Shown: positions 1 to 12,601 of the stretch, piece after piece
Position numbering within the stretch: position 1 is the stretch's first letter
How the letters are laid out: each line of letters opens with the position of its first letter
Origin: Catajapyx aquilonaris
Lineage: Eukaryota
Length of the DNA: 64,000 bases
Reading direction: 5' to 3'
Assembly: GCA_000934665.2 (NCBI GenBank)
Contig: JYFJ02001436.1
Span: 1 to 64,000 of the forward strand
Made by a program: the position numbers and the translations under genes
Notes under the pieces: model-generated
The model's database searches: none
Told to the model about the DNA's origin: nothing
Seen by the model: only the letters and a program-made list of their open reading frames with translations

Positions 1-473
1 GAGATGCCCACCACCTCAGCAAGGTACCTGATAGTCAGTCTTCGGTCTCCCATCACTAGTTCCTCCACTTTGGCCACATTTTCTTCAGTGGTGGAACGCA
101 CGGGTCTTCTGGAGCGGGGGTCGTCTTCTAGGCTGTCTCGGCCGTGTTTGGAGAGGGCAATCCACTTCTGGATCATGCTGTAGGATGGTGCATCGCCAGC
201 CAATGTATCCTTCATGTCCTCAAAGATGTCCTTGGCACCCATTCCCTTTGCCACCAGGTACTGGATGACCGCGCGATGTGCGATGTTCGCCATCTTCACA
301 AAATGCTGCGTACCCTTTCACATCCGAATTATTTCTGAACCCAAGGACTTTGACACCTATGTCAATTGGGTGGATATAGGGGTTTGAAGGGTGGCTCGAT
401 TTAATGGCGATGTTTAGCTTCCGCATTTGCTTCTCCTTCTAGGCGAAACCACGAACTTATATAACACCCCTCG
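1..473 (-). mobile_element. Mariner transposon, 5' part (left TIR plus transposase N-terminus); continues beyond the window start
   Basis: Minus-strand frame from ATG at 293 is open to position 1: MANIAHRAVIQYLVAKGMGAKDIFEDMKDTLAGDAPSYSMIQKWIALSKHGRDSLEDDPRSRRPVRSTTEENVAKVEELVMGDRRLTIRYLAEVVGI, a typical mariner HTH region. The end reads TA|CGAGGGGTGTTATATAAGTTC on minus (TA at 474-475), resembling irritans/Hsmar2-type TIRs. Confidence 0.92.
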
Positions 474-475
474 TA

Positions 476-555
476 TATGGCCGCTCAAACTTTCAACTGC
501 AGTTTTCTCAAAATCAGGTTTGTGAGGGTTAGGGCAGTATTGCACCGACCCCTTC
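476..555. mobile_element. Sola1-like DNA transposon terminus, interrupted by the mariner
   Basis: aaactttcaactgcagttttctcaaaatc...ccccttc followed by AATT (AWWT-type target). Similar to the element end at ~51680-51734. By-eye resemblance only. Confidence 0.35.
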
Positions 556-2372
556 AATTATTTACCTGAATTTAAAATTTGGAATGGCAGTATTAAAAAT
601 AGTATCGCTGAGACATCTTCTTTCTTGGGAATGCTACGCCGCATAGCAATATTACAGTACTTTAAACATGAGGTCGAGTTTTCTAAAGTTAGCAGCTGTA
701 AGCAGGATATGGCAAAGAAAGGTAACCATGGTAACCTGTAAGAAGGCTTAAGGGAGAATACTAACTTCACGTGTATAGCAGAAGCTTGCGAAGGAAAAGA
801 CCGAGCAATTTCTTCCATCCAAGTGGCTTGAGTAGCAATACGACAAATGGCCCCAAAATGTCAGATTTACAGCCGCTCGTTTTAACCTGATTGAAAATTG
901 GAGCATCAACATATCCTACTCTGAGACATTATAAAGTCCACTTCATTGACTTGTGCGATCAATAGGTTAAAATTTACAAGCTGGATAAAATGCCAAAAAT
1001 GCCCAAAACATCATTTGTTTGGTAATTGTTATTTTCTATCTCAGGCGTCATTAATCTCGTGTTCATCTTTCTTGTGCCAATATCATGCAGAGTTTTTACG
1101 GATGCCAGGATCATTTTATTATTAAAAACGTGGCTTTTTTAAACCTAATTATTAAGAGGTAAATCTCTCAATACTATACGAATTATTGAAAATTGCAACA
1201 AATGTGCAGAATAATGTTTCTAGAGGCCTCTGACTATAGTTTTCGAGAAAGAAATTATTAACAATTAGGTTTTAAGTCTATTTAATGCCAAAGAGAGATA
1301 TGATACTATTTTCCCGACATCAAAAATGAGAAACCTGCATTGGGCCACATTCGTTAGTAATGATTCTTACAACTCCTTAAAGTGGTTTCTACTGTAGACA
1401 ATCCATAACATTTTATTACTTATCCACTCTTGAACGGAAGACTTGGGCACTGCATCATACTGTATAAGGTCAAACTTAGCATATCCCTACTGAAGCTAAT
1501 CTGACATGCCCTTCTGTCACCTAAATATATTCTCTCGACTGCTTCAACTACACTACTTCCATATTCTGAAGGTCAGAGCGTCAGCGCATTAACATTTGAG
1601 TTTCTCCTGATCAATAATAATCATTGTTGGTTAATGTTTAGCCAAGAATTAATAACAAATTACCATTAATTCCCGTGCTTCTGCAATAATTTTTAGGGAG
1701 ATTTTCCCACAAGCTTTCTTGTGGGTAGCCAATCTCATTACTTCTTGTGAAGCAGTTAGTATACCCATTAACTGGTAGCCGATAAGGACGAAAACCCACC
1801 CCTGAGTGTTACAGCTGATAATACTGTATGCCTTTCGTATATCCTGTAAGCGACACAACCTGCTCAACTTTCGTCACATGTGGCAAGTGAGGCATGTGGA
1901 GCAGATTGTATAACACTCACGGGATATTCGACATTGGTGGTGCGTTTTTTTGTCACTAATCTGCTAATTTTTAAGCAATGACTTTAGAACAACTACTTTC
2001 ATTGGTTAGCCAAGATATTGGCTGATTGCATTTGGTTCAGTGGAAAATATATATGATACCCAATTTGACAGCGTCGGGAGTGTTTTATGGTCTGAAACCA
2101 GAGAGGAAATGACCTGAAAAATGTGTGGAATATTTTTGTATCTCCCTCTGGTGTTTGAATCCATGCTCACAGTTTCCCCTCAGAAACCACACAAGCGCAA
2201 GATTCAGACTACAAGTCTATAATACTACCTGGTAAAGCTGCCAAAGAAGTAAAAGCAGTCATTTGGCTTCACAATTTTAAGAACCTGCAGGATATTCTTT
2301 GTTCCAAACAAACTACTTTAAAATCCCCTGAAGATCCCATAAGCAGGGATAGCAAAGGGTACCGTACTCTTA

Positions 2373-2425
2373 ATAACAACAACAACAACAACAACAACAA
2401 TAATAATCATAATAATAATAATAAT
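2373..2425. repeat. Compound (AAC)n/(AAT)n microsatellite
   Basis: Directly visible trinucleotide runs. Confidence 0.9.
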
Positions 2426-2491
2426 CAACTGCTTCAAAATAAGTAGCTTAGTACCAAAAGTTGTTAACCACCAAGGGAATTTCAATGAGAA

Positions 2492-3113
2492 CTCACAAAG
2501 GAAGTGTAAGTGTTGTCCGTGGAGTTTCTGAATGAAACTTGGCACAATAATATAGGCAGGTAAGTTATTAAAGAAAATGCAAACAATTTAGGCGAATGCC
2601 CATAAGGTCAAAAGTTATGACCTCTCGAAATCACAAGGGACACTTTCCAAGGTCTCACCGATTTTCTTGAAATTCGCACCGAATTTCAAGAAAATCGCCT
2701 AAATTGCATTGGTAGGCCACCCCAAGGGATAAAAAACGCACCTAAAGTGACCTGCTCTAAATGACCCGGTGACCCCTTTTTGGGGGGCAGAGGTCAACTC
2801 TTAAATGCCGAAAACCACCCATTTTCTTGAAATTCGGTGCATTGGTAGCCCCCAAAAAGGGGTGGGGTCATTTTGAGCAGGTCACTTTATGTGCGTTTTT
2901 CATCCCTTGGGGTGGCCTACCAATGTACCGAATTTCAAGAAAATCGGCGAGACCTTGGAAAATGTCCCTTGTGAGTTCGAGAGGTCATAACTTTTGACCT
3001 TGTGGGCTTCCGCTTAAATTGTTTTCATTTTCTTTAATAACTTACCTGCCTATATTATTGTCTCAAGTTTCATTCAGAAACTCCACGGACAACACTTACA
3101 CTTCCCTTGTCAG
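2492..3113. mobile_element. Foldback/MITE-like element, ~620 bp, almost entirely inverted repeat
   Basis: Left arm from acaaaggaagtgtaagtgttgtccgtggagtttctgaatgaaacttg (2495) pairs with right arm ending caagtttcattcagaaactccacggacaacacttacacttcccttgt (3110). Pairing continues inward for roughly 250 bp. Possible 2-bp AA TSD. Confidence 0.85.
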
Positions 3114-5145
3114 AATAGACTACAAAAATAATTGTCCTTCCTACTTGCTTCATCTAGGACCGTTCTCCAATATGACACAGTTTCTTTCCATTGATTGGCC
3201 AAGCCCTGTCGTGCCACTCAAACGCGCCAACAGCTTTATCCAATCCCAAAGCTCGATGCTACCACGTTAGGCCATGCGTTGACGTCGGTCACGTTTGATA
3301 TTGCAGGTCAAAAAATAGGTGGACTTGCACGGCAAATATATAGTGGAAAGACATTAGCAGAGGGTTTAGGGAAAAGGTCTCTTTGTAGAGGACGAGTGGC
3401 AGGAAATTGGATGGCTTTTGTACGATGTTGCTTAGGCCGATCAAAAAGTTTTCTGCCTTCACTTTGAGGGATTTGGACCGGCTTCATTCCATCCCCGAGC
3501 GTAGGGATCTTGCTAAGGGATCCTTTTTTATTGGGTATAGCGAGAAGCTCCTCGAATTGAAGGTTTCACCAAGGGACTTTTACCCCGTTGAGTCCACCAC
3601 AACTGCAGTCCGAGAAGTACGGCGCATTGGAGAGAAACTGCGTTTCATCCTGATTGCTGTAATTCTATTGTCAATCAGTTAGGAGTGGGCCAATTTAGCA
3701 GGACCGGATCTGCTTGGAAAACTGTGCCGACGAATTTGCAACCGAAAAGCACTCGGGTGTAATGCTCATGCCCGAGTTGCCGTTCGGTTTCGAACGGATG
3801 TCGCCCAAACACACGCATGCGCACTGGTACATACGAACTGCTCGTGCGCGTTGCAGTATTCGCTTATTTTTCACACCGATTTTTAAATTACACCATGTGG
3901 CGAGGTGTTGGTGCCCGAAATGATACATAATGCAGCAGCATGTGTTTGGACAAGTGCAGTTTTGGGGGGAGGGTCTGCAGGCAAAGCACCACATTCGTCG
4001 TATCCATGGGAGCTGCAGACGTCGATACTCGCCAGCTGAATTCCGGCTGGCATTCGGATGCAAAGGCCAGGCCTCCACTTTTTGCTGGCCAGGCAAATTG
4101 GTCACATATTCCCCCTGCCCTTTTTCGACGGTTCGCACGAGCTTTTTCTGCCAAATGAGCACATTCCCCTGCCCTTCCTAGCTTTTTGGAGGGGGTTACA
4201 TAAGGCTGCGACTTTAAGTAGCTTTAACAACAACAACAACAAAAAATAGGTTGGCGTTTTGCGCATTGCTGTTAGATAAACACTTCAGAAGCGATTAGTG
4301 GGTCTGGGATGGTGTTTTGCTAAATGAGCGATTACTCAGGCTTAATGTATAAGTCGTTGTTGTGATCATGAGGAAATTGGAGTTATTCCCCACTTGGAGA
4401 ACAACAGATTTGAACCAATTATTTTCTTTTCGTGGTTTTCTTTGGAGATCCTAGCGGTTGTTATGACGACGAGTCATTACAAATCAGATGCGAGTGGTCA
4501 GCAAAATTGTCTCTCTTGATTGGCTCTGGAAATCAATAACCATCGGTACTCGTATTTTCCCACGAAGAAGCTAGCTAGATTATAAATACTGTACTATATA
4601 TTGTGTATACGATATATGATTGCTTTTAAACAAGCACATCATCATCATCGTTATTTCGTAGCACTTTAACAACTGGATGTGCGGACTGGGTACGCTGCAT
4701 AATGAAAAACGTCGCATATAAACATGCTCCAGGCACAGTGCTCAACCCAACAAACATTTGACGAACTGTGAATGTTCCTATTTGCTGTTTAAAAAAATAA
4801 ATCATTACGTCATTAGACGTAGTTTACACAGGTCTATTTGCAACATTATATTAACTGGCGGAGTTATATTTTTATGACCATAATGGCTGCAACAATCGTG
4901 GACAACTACAGAGCTTTGAAGGTGGCCCTCCAGGTCAGTATAGCAATTACGGCCCTCGTATACTGTACACTGTATACATATATCGTGTAATGAGGTAGTC
5001 GACTATACTATTTTCCCTTCCTTTTTGGTGAAGTTTTTTGATGTTGCACGTTGAAAGGTAATGGAACTGTGTTTGCAGTTCACACTCACACGTGCGCGCG
5101 CGCACACACATACAGGCTTCGACTATAACGTCGTTTCGTTGCGAC

Positions 5146-5518
5146 CATGGTTGTAGAAGACTCAGGTTAGGTCACTCCCCACCCACCCCCTGCCGAGGGG
5201 TTTTGCAGTGGGTGCTCACCTGAGACCGCCACGAGACATTTCCCAGAGCATTTATGTGGCGACCCTACCGGACTAAGGCTGAACTTTACAGGTACGAAAG
5301 AGAAGCGCTACATGCTGGCCCAACATGGCCGCCGGCGGCCATGTTGGGCCCCCCAATGTAGCCCTCCCCTTTCGTACCTGTGAAGTTCAGTCTTAGTCCG
5401 ATAGGGTCGCCACATAAATGCTCTGGGAAATGTCTCGTGGCGGTCTCAGGTGAGCACCCGTTGCAAAACCCCTCGGCAGGTGATAAGCCCAGAAGATAGG
5501 GGTAGTGTCCGTGGGCTG
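5146..5518 (+). mobile_element. Non-autonomous hairpin element, copy A (8-bp TSD, no TIR, 292-bp internal palindrome)
   Basis: TSD gttgcgac at 5138-5145 and 5519-5526. Ends CATGG...GGCTG. Inverted repeat 5189-5480 with a perfect 34-bp loop-less centre at 5317-5350. Homologous copies at 14881-15416 and 60619-60845. Confidence 0.9.
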
Positions 5519-7096
5519 GTTGCGACATTGATGCACAGAGACTGGCCATCAAGCACTGGCTGTCCGTAATGCTGTAACTACTGTATGTCAAAGGAACCTC
5601 TCATGGATTACTACTGTGTTGTAAAGAAGACTATTCATAAGGTGTGCAAGCAAATTCTGTACTAGAAAATATTGACAATAACAGCCGGATTTTGAAACAA
5701 ACATAGTATATAGCCTAGTTATGTATTCTCATGTAACATCCTTCTAGATTAGCATTGCTTCTGCTATTTCTCACCTGGTCAAGGTGACTTTTACTAATGG
5801 TGCAATTACTGCTTTTATCACGGTATTGACCATTCCTTTTAACATGTACGATTGATTCCTTGTGAAATGGGTAATCATTTTTCATAACACAGCATTGGAG
5901 CGTACTCATGATTATGTGTGGTTACGCGACAAGTGTTATAGGCCTATATACGCAATTTTACGCTCGTCACTACATGTTGGTCGTACAGTGAACCATTGGT
6001 GACAAATCCAATCCTTATACTGTACCAATCCAACTGATGTTGACACTTGCAACATCCACTCTGGCTTGTTGTGTTAGTGGCCCTATAGTGAAAAGCTTCT
6101 CTGTGGCTACTAGTGGCCCACTATAGAACAATGGCCTTATAGTCTAAGGTAATTTCGGAATGAAAGGATTCTTTTACGAAATGGGCATCATAGATATAGC
6201 CTACCACTTTATTGTTGAGATGGCTCTCTAAGGCTTAGGACAAGTGTGGGAAATGAGTAGCTAGAGTGTTAACTCATTAAATTTTATTCTTCATTTCCAC
6301 AACTTTGATATCAGGTTGGTATTCTGGCCGAACAGAGGTGAACAAAATATTTGACAACACGATTTCTCTGCCTCGAAAGAAACGAAAGAAACAGCATGTC
6401 GTAATTTTGAAAGCAGAAATATATTTTGACTACATTTTATACTTGTGAAATGCAAAAATTAAAATTCGTCGCTGAAGAATCTAGGCACCGTAAGCATTAC
6501 ACGATCATTATAATTATATTGGTTATTTAACAACGTTTTAAAGAGGGCTATGTTTTAAGCACGATGAAGCCCCAAAAATATGGTAACCGATGCAGTACAG
6601 TGCTAGCTGCACTTAAAATTCTCATACTGCACATTCAAAGGTAATGAATTTTTTAGCCATAGTGAACATGACAAACTTGCCTATTGGTATCCATGGCGTG
6701 CTGAACTACTGATTTGAAGTCTGGCGAGTTATTTAAAAATTCACAAGCTTTGGAAATGGTGGCACTTTTTGCTGCATCTATTGCATTACGTGCAGTGTAA
6801 AAATAAGTTACACTAGCGGAAAATGTTTTATGTTTGTAAATTAACGAGGTAACTGTAATTTATGCTGGAGCTTCTGTGTAATCCTCTTCTCAAAGTCAAA
6901 TTACGCTTCCAAAAAAAAGGAGGCCGCATGCACACATATTTCGCATTAATTTTCATTCCTGCACAGTGTAAATGCCATATTTGCCTGAATATAAGGAAAG
7001 TTGATGTCATTAAATATACATGGTGTGCCAAAAGTCATCTCAGATTTATACAGGTGAAATCTACTTTCTTTTAAAACAACTTGTAAGTTGTAACTG

Positions 7097-7225
7097 ATGA
7101 TAATAGAGCAGTGGTATAGTGTTCGCGCGGTTAGGGATAGAACGGGTCCTGGATTCGATCCCGGACTTTCTATTAGCACGGTGTTGAGATTTTTCCAGTT
7201 TCGTCTCATACGGAATTTTCACCAT
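7097..7225 (+). mobile_element. Degenerate tRNA-derived SINE head
   Basis: A-box-like tagagcagtgg and B-box-like ggattcgatcc at tRNA-like spacing; no intact cloverleaf. Confidence 0.5.
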
Positions 7226-7479
7226 AATTATGTAATACTGTACATACTATTCACTCCGGGGAGCACACAAAATGGCAGGCATGCATCTCCCATCCTAGTC
7301 ACCATTCGCTCACACGCGGTTTCTAGCTTCCAATGGAGGTAATTACACATCATTATTCTCTCTAATATATAATTGAGATGTGCCGTGGACATGCAAATGC
7401 GATTATTAGGCGCATGACAAAATACGGGAATAAAAGAAGTTTGTCCTTCACTCCAGGCGAATGCAAAACAAGCTACCGA

Positions 7480-7790
7480 TGAAAATCTCCCTGGGTTCTA
7501 TGGCTCGGATGATTTGACGTGGAAATAGACCGACAACGAGTTTTCCTCTCTCTGACGTTTTGTTATTGGGCAATAATGGAGTTTCTCGCCATATTCTGTT
7601 CCCCTTAAGATGACGGCGCCGCACCGTAAATGGGAGATGGTATAGTACACACACAAAAGAGTGTTGGTGTGCTTTTAGGCAGATTGGATCCGATGCTTCT
7701 GATATGCTTGGAAAAGCCTGATAGTTGACACCCAAGATCCACATCTTTGTTGAGAACATCCCCATAATGGATAGATCTATGGAAAATATT
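7480..7790 (+). pseudogene. Highly degenerate Tc1/mariner (maT/DD37D-like) transposase catalytic-region fragment
   Basis: Frameshifted peptides DDGAAP (like QQDGAPPH) and WI...AW..PD.LTP (like WPARSPDLTP) in the expected order. Confidence 0.35.
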
Positions 7791-8967
7791 TACTTAATAC
7801 AAACCTACCTGTGTACAGGGTGTATCTATGCGGCGAAAAGTGGGCTCACTTGTGCTCGTATGTGATTAGGATGAACAATGGAAATGTCAATAAATAATAA
7901 AGATGACAAGGTGCAATCATTACGATGGATTAGAATACGCAGTTGCATTTCCAATATACTTAGTAATTTTCATACTTCATTTTTAGTGTTCACAATTTCT
8001 GAGAATTTCATATAAAAATATTATTGCTTGATTGTATTTGCATTTCCTTCAAGAATGATCAGAAAAATCCATTATCCTGCGTTCCGAGGAGTTAGTGAAA
8101 TGATTGCCTTCACTCTTAACGATCAGCTAGCTGGGCCGTTTAGAAAACTGCTGCCATCCAGTTTGTAACTCCAGGCGAGCGCGAAGTGCATTTTTACAGC
8201 TTGTTAGTGATAGGTTTTTTCTGTATGTTTCTTGTTCATCCCAATATCAAATGTTCCTAACTCTGGTTAACCTTTAAACATTTTGTTTAATTGACGTATT
8301 ACATGGCAATATATTGTAGAATGTAGAGGTACAGTATTATGTAGACTATTATTATCTGCATTATGAAGAGAAGTCTACTTTTTGAAGCAAGGATGAACAA
8401 TGACCTACGAGGTTCTAACCCTGCACAGTTTAGCGCATTTATTACGGAATTAGTGCCATTATTAGTGTTGTACAATGCCACTTGTTATGTAGACCATGTT
8501 TAAAAGAATGTAGGGTAAGGATTAATGTATTTGACCAGGTTGAACCATTTGCAAGGATTTGAGAAAACCCATATTATGTAATGCTGTCTCTCTCGTAATC
8601 AGATTTGCTCCATTCATTCATGTTCAAGTATAGCTACAAGTCAGAGAAGAGCCACCGACGGGTAATACTGTTTCATTGAATTTGACTCACTATTTTTATC
8701 CTGTATTCACTTTGTTTTTTGCATTTAAAATGGCTATTCGTATGAGAATGCTGTTAATTGTTGGAGCCATTTAATCCCCACGGATTGTTCAGCAGAGGCG
8801 TCACAGTCGCACCCAACCAGTGGTTTTCACTTATCGTAAGTTTAGTTATAACTTACATGGATGTTGCTTTAGTTCAGTTGTCTCATGGGAATGACTGTCA
8901 TAATGGGAGACCGAATGTGGCAGGAGGAGGGGCACGCTGCACCAACCTGCCCCATGACCTAACCTTT

Positions 8968-9030
8968 CCTGGCGGATACATGCCTATCTTTCAGCGGATA
9001 CACGCATATCCTTGGGCAGATACACGCCTA
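8968..9030. repeat. Short degenerate tandem repeat, three copies of GC(G/A)GATACA(C/T)GC
   Basis: gcggatacatgcctatc, gcggatacacgcatatc and gcagatacacgccta in succession. Confidence 0.6.
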
Positions 9031-9338
9031 GGAGAGTAGGTAAAATGGTGGTCTCCGGATACGAAAGCGTAGCCGTCTCGTAGCATAAGCTTGGAGTGCC
9101 TTAGGTGTTGAGCCAATTTCTACAATAATTTATATAGGCCTACCATACCCCATGACAAAGCAGTCTTATACAGATGAGTTCAGCCAATATTATTATATAG
9201 CTTTGCGTGAAAATTGTGAATTGTACAAATGCAACGGCGATACTATGCCCTAGGCTATGCGCATTTCCTAATGCCGCCGACGTCATTGTGCTGCAGAGCG
9301 ACTCCTCGTTACCAGGAATTTTTACTATCGTCTAATAT

Positions 9339-9945
9339 ATGCCGCGTGACAAGAATGGTCGTAAACATTTTACAAAGGAACAACTATGAAAGTATCGGTG
9401 TTGAGACGGAAAATGTTGCATGACGAAGAGTTTGAATTTTTATGGCGACGTAATCCAACCTCAGATAGACGAATTCTTGAATTGCTACTTACAGCATTCG
9501 CAGGTGAAATTGACAACGTATAAAAATATATCGCATCAGGTAATGTAATTCGGCGTCCTATAACACTCCATTATACATTGTAAATAGAACTTGCGTAATA
9601 CTCTCACTTGTCAGACTAATATTTTTATCACACACCGATCAGAGTCGTGTAATTGCAATGCCAAACAACTGGCTATCTCTATTTTCAGGTGGCCTTGATA
9701 GCACTGCAGGGAAAAACTATCCGGTCATTCAATAACGTTGTAGAACCAGGGAACAAACTTTGATCTGACCATAAGTGCACACCAACCATAATAATTACAC
9801 ATGCAATTTAGGACTGAGGCTATCTTGACAATGCATCAAATTTGCAGACCTTCAGGCTGACCCTCCACAGGTCATTACAAGTCACCATAGTAACGACGCT
9901 GTATAAACGTTTGATGCAAGAGGATCTCATTATTGTGTCTTCCAA
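9339..9945 (+). pseudogene. Degenerate pogo/Tigger-type transposase relic (HTH-psq N-terminus, start of DDE_1)
   Basis: MPRDKNGRKHFTKEQL from ATG 9339, later FGV..TL and TIVT...DARGS...VF fragments with stops and frameshifts. Confidence 0.4.
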
Positions 9946-12472
9946 GTTGCATTTAATTATTTGCCTAGGCGTATTGCAATCAGCGAGCTGAAAAACCCTG
10001 TACAGTGCGTCAAGAATAGATTCTCTCGTAGTAGGATAGTAGCTTTATAGATAGAGGCGAAATAGCATGGAGCGGTGGGGGTGGGGGGGGGGGCGCAGNG
10101 GGTGGGCGCAGAGGGAGCTAAGTCTGCCTGTATCGACCGACCATAAAGAAGAGGCTTGTTCCAGAGCGGGAGGGGAGGTCACACTGTCCTCCAATTGACC
10201 TTGCATGTGTCAAGGGAACAGCTACTGTACCAGTACGTGGGATGGGTGCAAGTTTGGATCAGACAGATTTAGCTTCACTAATGATATTCATAGTTGTTGA
10301 GACTATTTCTCTGCTGATTTGTTTTGCAGAAGTCGGGCAGACAGTGTCTAGATTTGCATGCAGAAGTTGCGCGTTTTCATTGCTTCACTACTCAAGTTGC
10401 AACATGTCCGGATGAATAGAATGACAAAATGTTGTTGCTTTTGTGCCAGACGGTACGTTGTTTTGCACGAGGAATTGTAATAATGTGTGTGTTAAGAATG
10501 TCTCAGATATTCGAATGGCATGCGACTGATATGCTCTGCAGTATATCCAGCTAATGTCCTCAGTGAAAATATTTTGCTATTGTTTTCTGCTCCCTTCTTG
10601 GCACACTTTCAGCATTATTGTCATGCTATAACAGTCTTTCATACAAAACCTGTAGAAAAGAAAAAAAATATCCTGAAAATAACCTGTATATTGGGTTCGG
10701 TTGCAGCCACCTAAGTGCAGTTTCTTTGATGAAAAAAAATGCGACATTAGCCTACTTCTCCACAGTTCACCTTCCCCCTTGGCAGAGAGATATTGATAAG
10801 GGTTCGAAGTCAGAGTGATCGGAATATAAATGCCATATGTTCTGGATTCGATCCTGAACCCGAGCCTTCCTCATTTGTGTGACGTTTCTGGTTTTCTTTC
10901 AGTCATTTGCTTACGGTACCTGAGGAATGCATACAGTACCAATTTTGCAGCCATGATGCTTTAGTTTTTGCCATAGTTTGCAACTAAAAATGAAGATGCA
11001 TATTGGCCACGGACTTGAGACGCACGAAGTGAAGCCAACTTTGATTTATGCAGTCTGAACTGCCAGAGAGGTGCAAAACATTGATGCTTTACGCGGTTTT
11101 CTGTTGCCAAGGAGTGCAGCACGCGAGGGTTTTCGTGATTTACGACCTTAGTTGGGAGAGCAACCCATCCACCCTAACCGATTCATATAGAACACTTTTG
11201 CAAGTATCCACCACAAACGGGACAAAGTTTTACCACGTCAGATGTTGCATGCGCGTGGAGAAAGCAAACATTTGCCATCAGCTGCAGGGTGGGAAAAAAT
11301 TGATGCATTTTCATGCTTTGCAGAGAGACGCAAAAGTCACATCAAAATCTAGGCGTTATCATGCAGTACATCATATACTGGCAAACCTCAATGTGGACAC
11401 AAAAAAGGAAAATAAATTGCACAGGTGGTGGTATTACACAGGTTGAAAGGGAGGAAACCATATGTATGTATAACATTACGGTTTTCCCGTACGAGAGCAT
11501 CAGGCAACTTAGTGTTAGTGTTACTAGTGGACAGGACAAACCAACAATGGAGGTGTCAGGTCATGGATTTCAATACGTTGACTTTCTAGGAACTCCACAT
11601 CCAAAAGAAAAGAGAAACAGGAGGAACCACTCTATTTTTGCCGCCAGTGTTGTCCACTCTTTTATGATCGTGACATGAGGTGGTGAATAGATGTCTTCCT
11701 AGCATCCCTCCCCCCTCCCTTGAAACTCCCTGCATGCCACCTAGAGGCAAGTAAAACAAAGCCCTAAATGTTTAATGGTGAAGTCATAATTGTGGTCAAC
11801 TCTGCGTTACAGTGGTTCGTTAAACTTTAGATATTACAGTATTTGATTTAAATGGGATGTTTGCCATTTGGCCCAGTGATAATTAGCCTATTTGATTAGG
11901 GACATGTAGGCCTACAGTTTCTGTGTGGATTTTACCGAACTGCGCTATACAGTTACCGGCTAGGCTATATTCGTTAACCTATGGTGATGGCACGCCAAGT
12001 TCCATATAAAAGTCACGTTGTTTGTGATGTAATTAGGTTAGATCTGGTTTAAAAGTTAGATGTTGAGATGTAACGCTTGAATAGCAAGACGCGGGTGTGC
12101 TTCCTGTGATTTGGAAGCTTCGAAAGAGAGGAGTAGCTGATAGAAAAGGTCTCAGGACCCAATTAATTATTGACATAAATTTTTAATGAGCTATATATCT
12201 GCTTAGAGGATCATACAGTATATTTGTCCAGGTACTTTGTCGGCAAATATACGATGGGCGTATTACTGACTTCAATTTTACTACTTATTTTGACACCGAA
12301 CAAAACTACAGCCCTATATTTACCATGGTCACAAAGATTGTGTAACTGGAGAAAATAAATATGGACACGTATCAAGAACCAATATATTGTATTAACCTTT
12401 ATATATATATATTTAAAAATATTATGTACGTTACGCATATTATGATCAAGTGGCAACAAATTTTTTAAAAAA

Positions 12473-12601
12473 ATTAGTTTCCAGTTGTGCCAACTAGCAG
12501 ATTGTTGTCAGTGAGTAAAGGATGAGTTGGTACGTTTGGCACTTGGAGTTGGCACAATTGAAAACCAATAACTTTTGTATCCTGATTTTAGAGTCACCCT
12601 G
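12473..12601. mobile_element. Truncated Tc1-type MITE (CAGGGTG terminus, TA TSD); same family as 56971-57102
   Basis: Ends ...gtatcctgattttagagtcaccctg|TA. Inner segment is the reverse complement of that in 56971-57102. Confidence 0.75.

Noticed and set aside
5286..5591. ORFs across the hairpin elements (also 14740-15051, 14990-15184)
   Set aside because: By-products of GC-rich palindromes; frames are not conserved end to end between copies.
10075..10110. G-rich run (also 28021-28050) as a G-quadruplex element
   Set aside because: Both contain an ambiguous base inside a homopolymer, so length is unreliable, and there is no supporting context.
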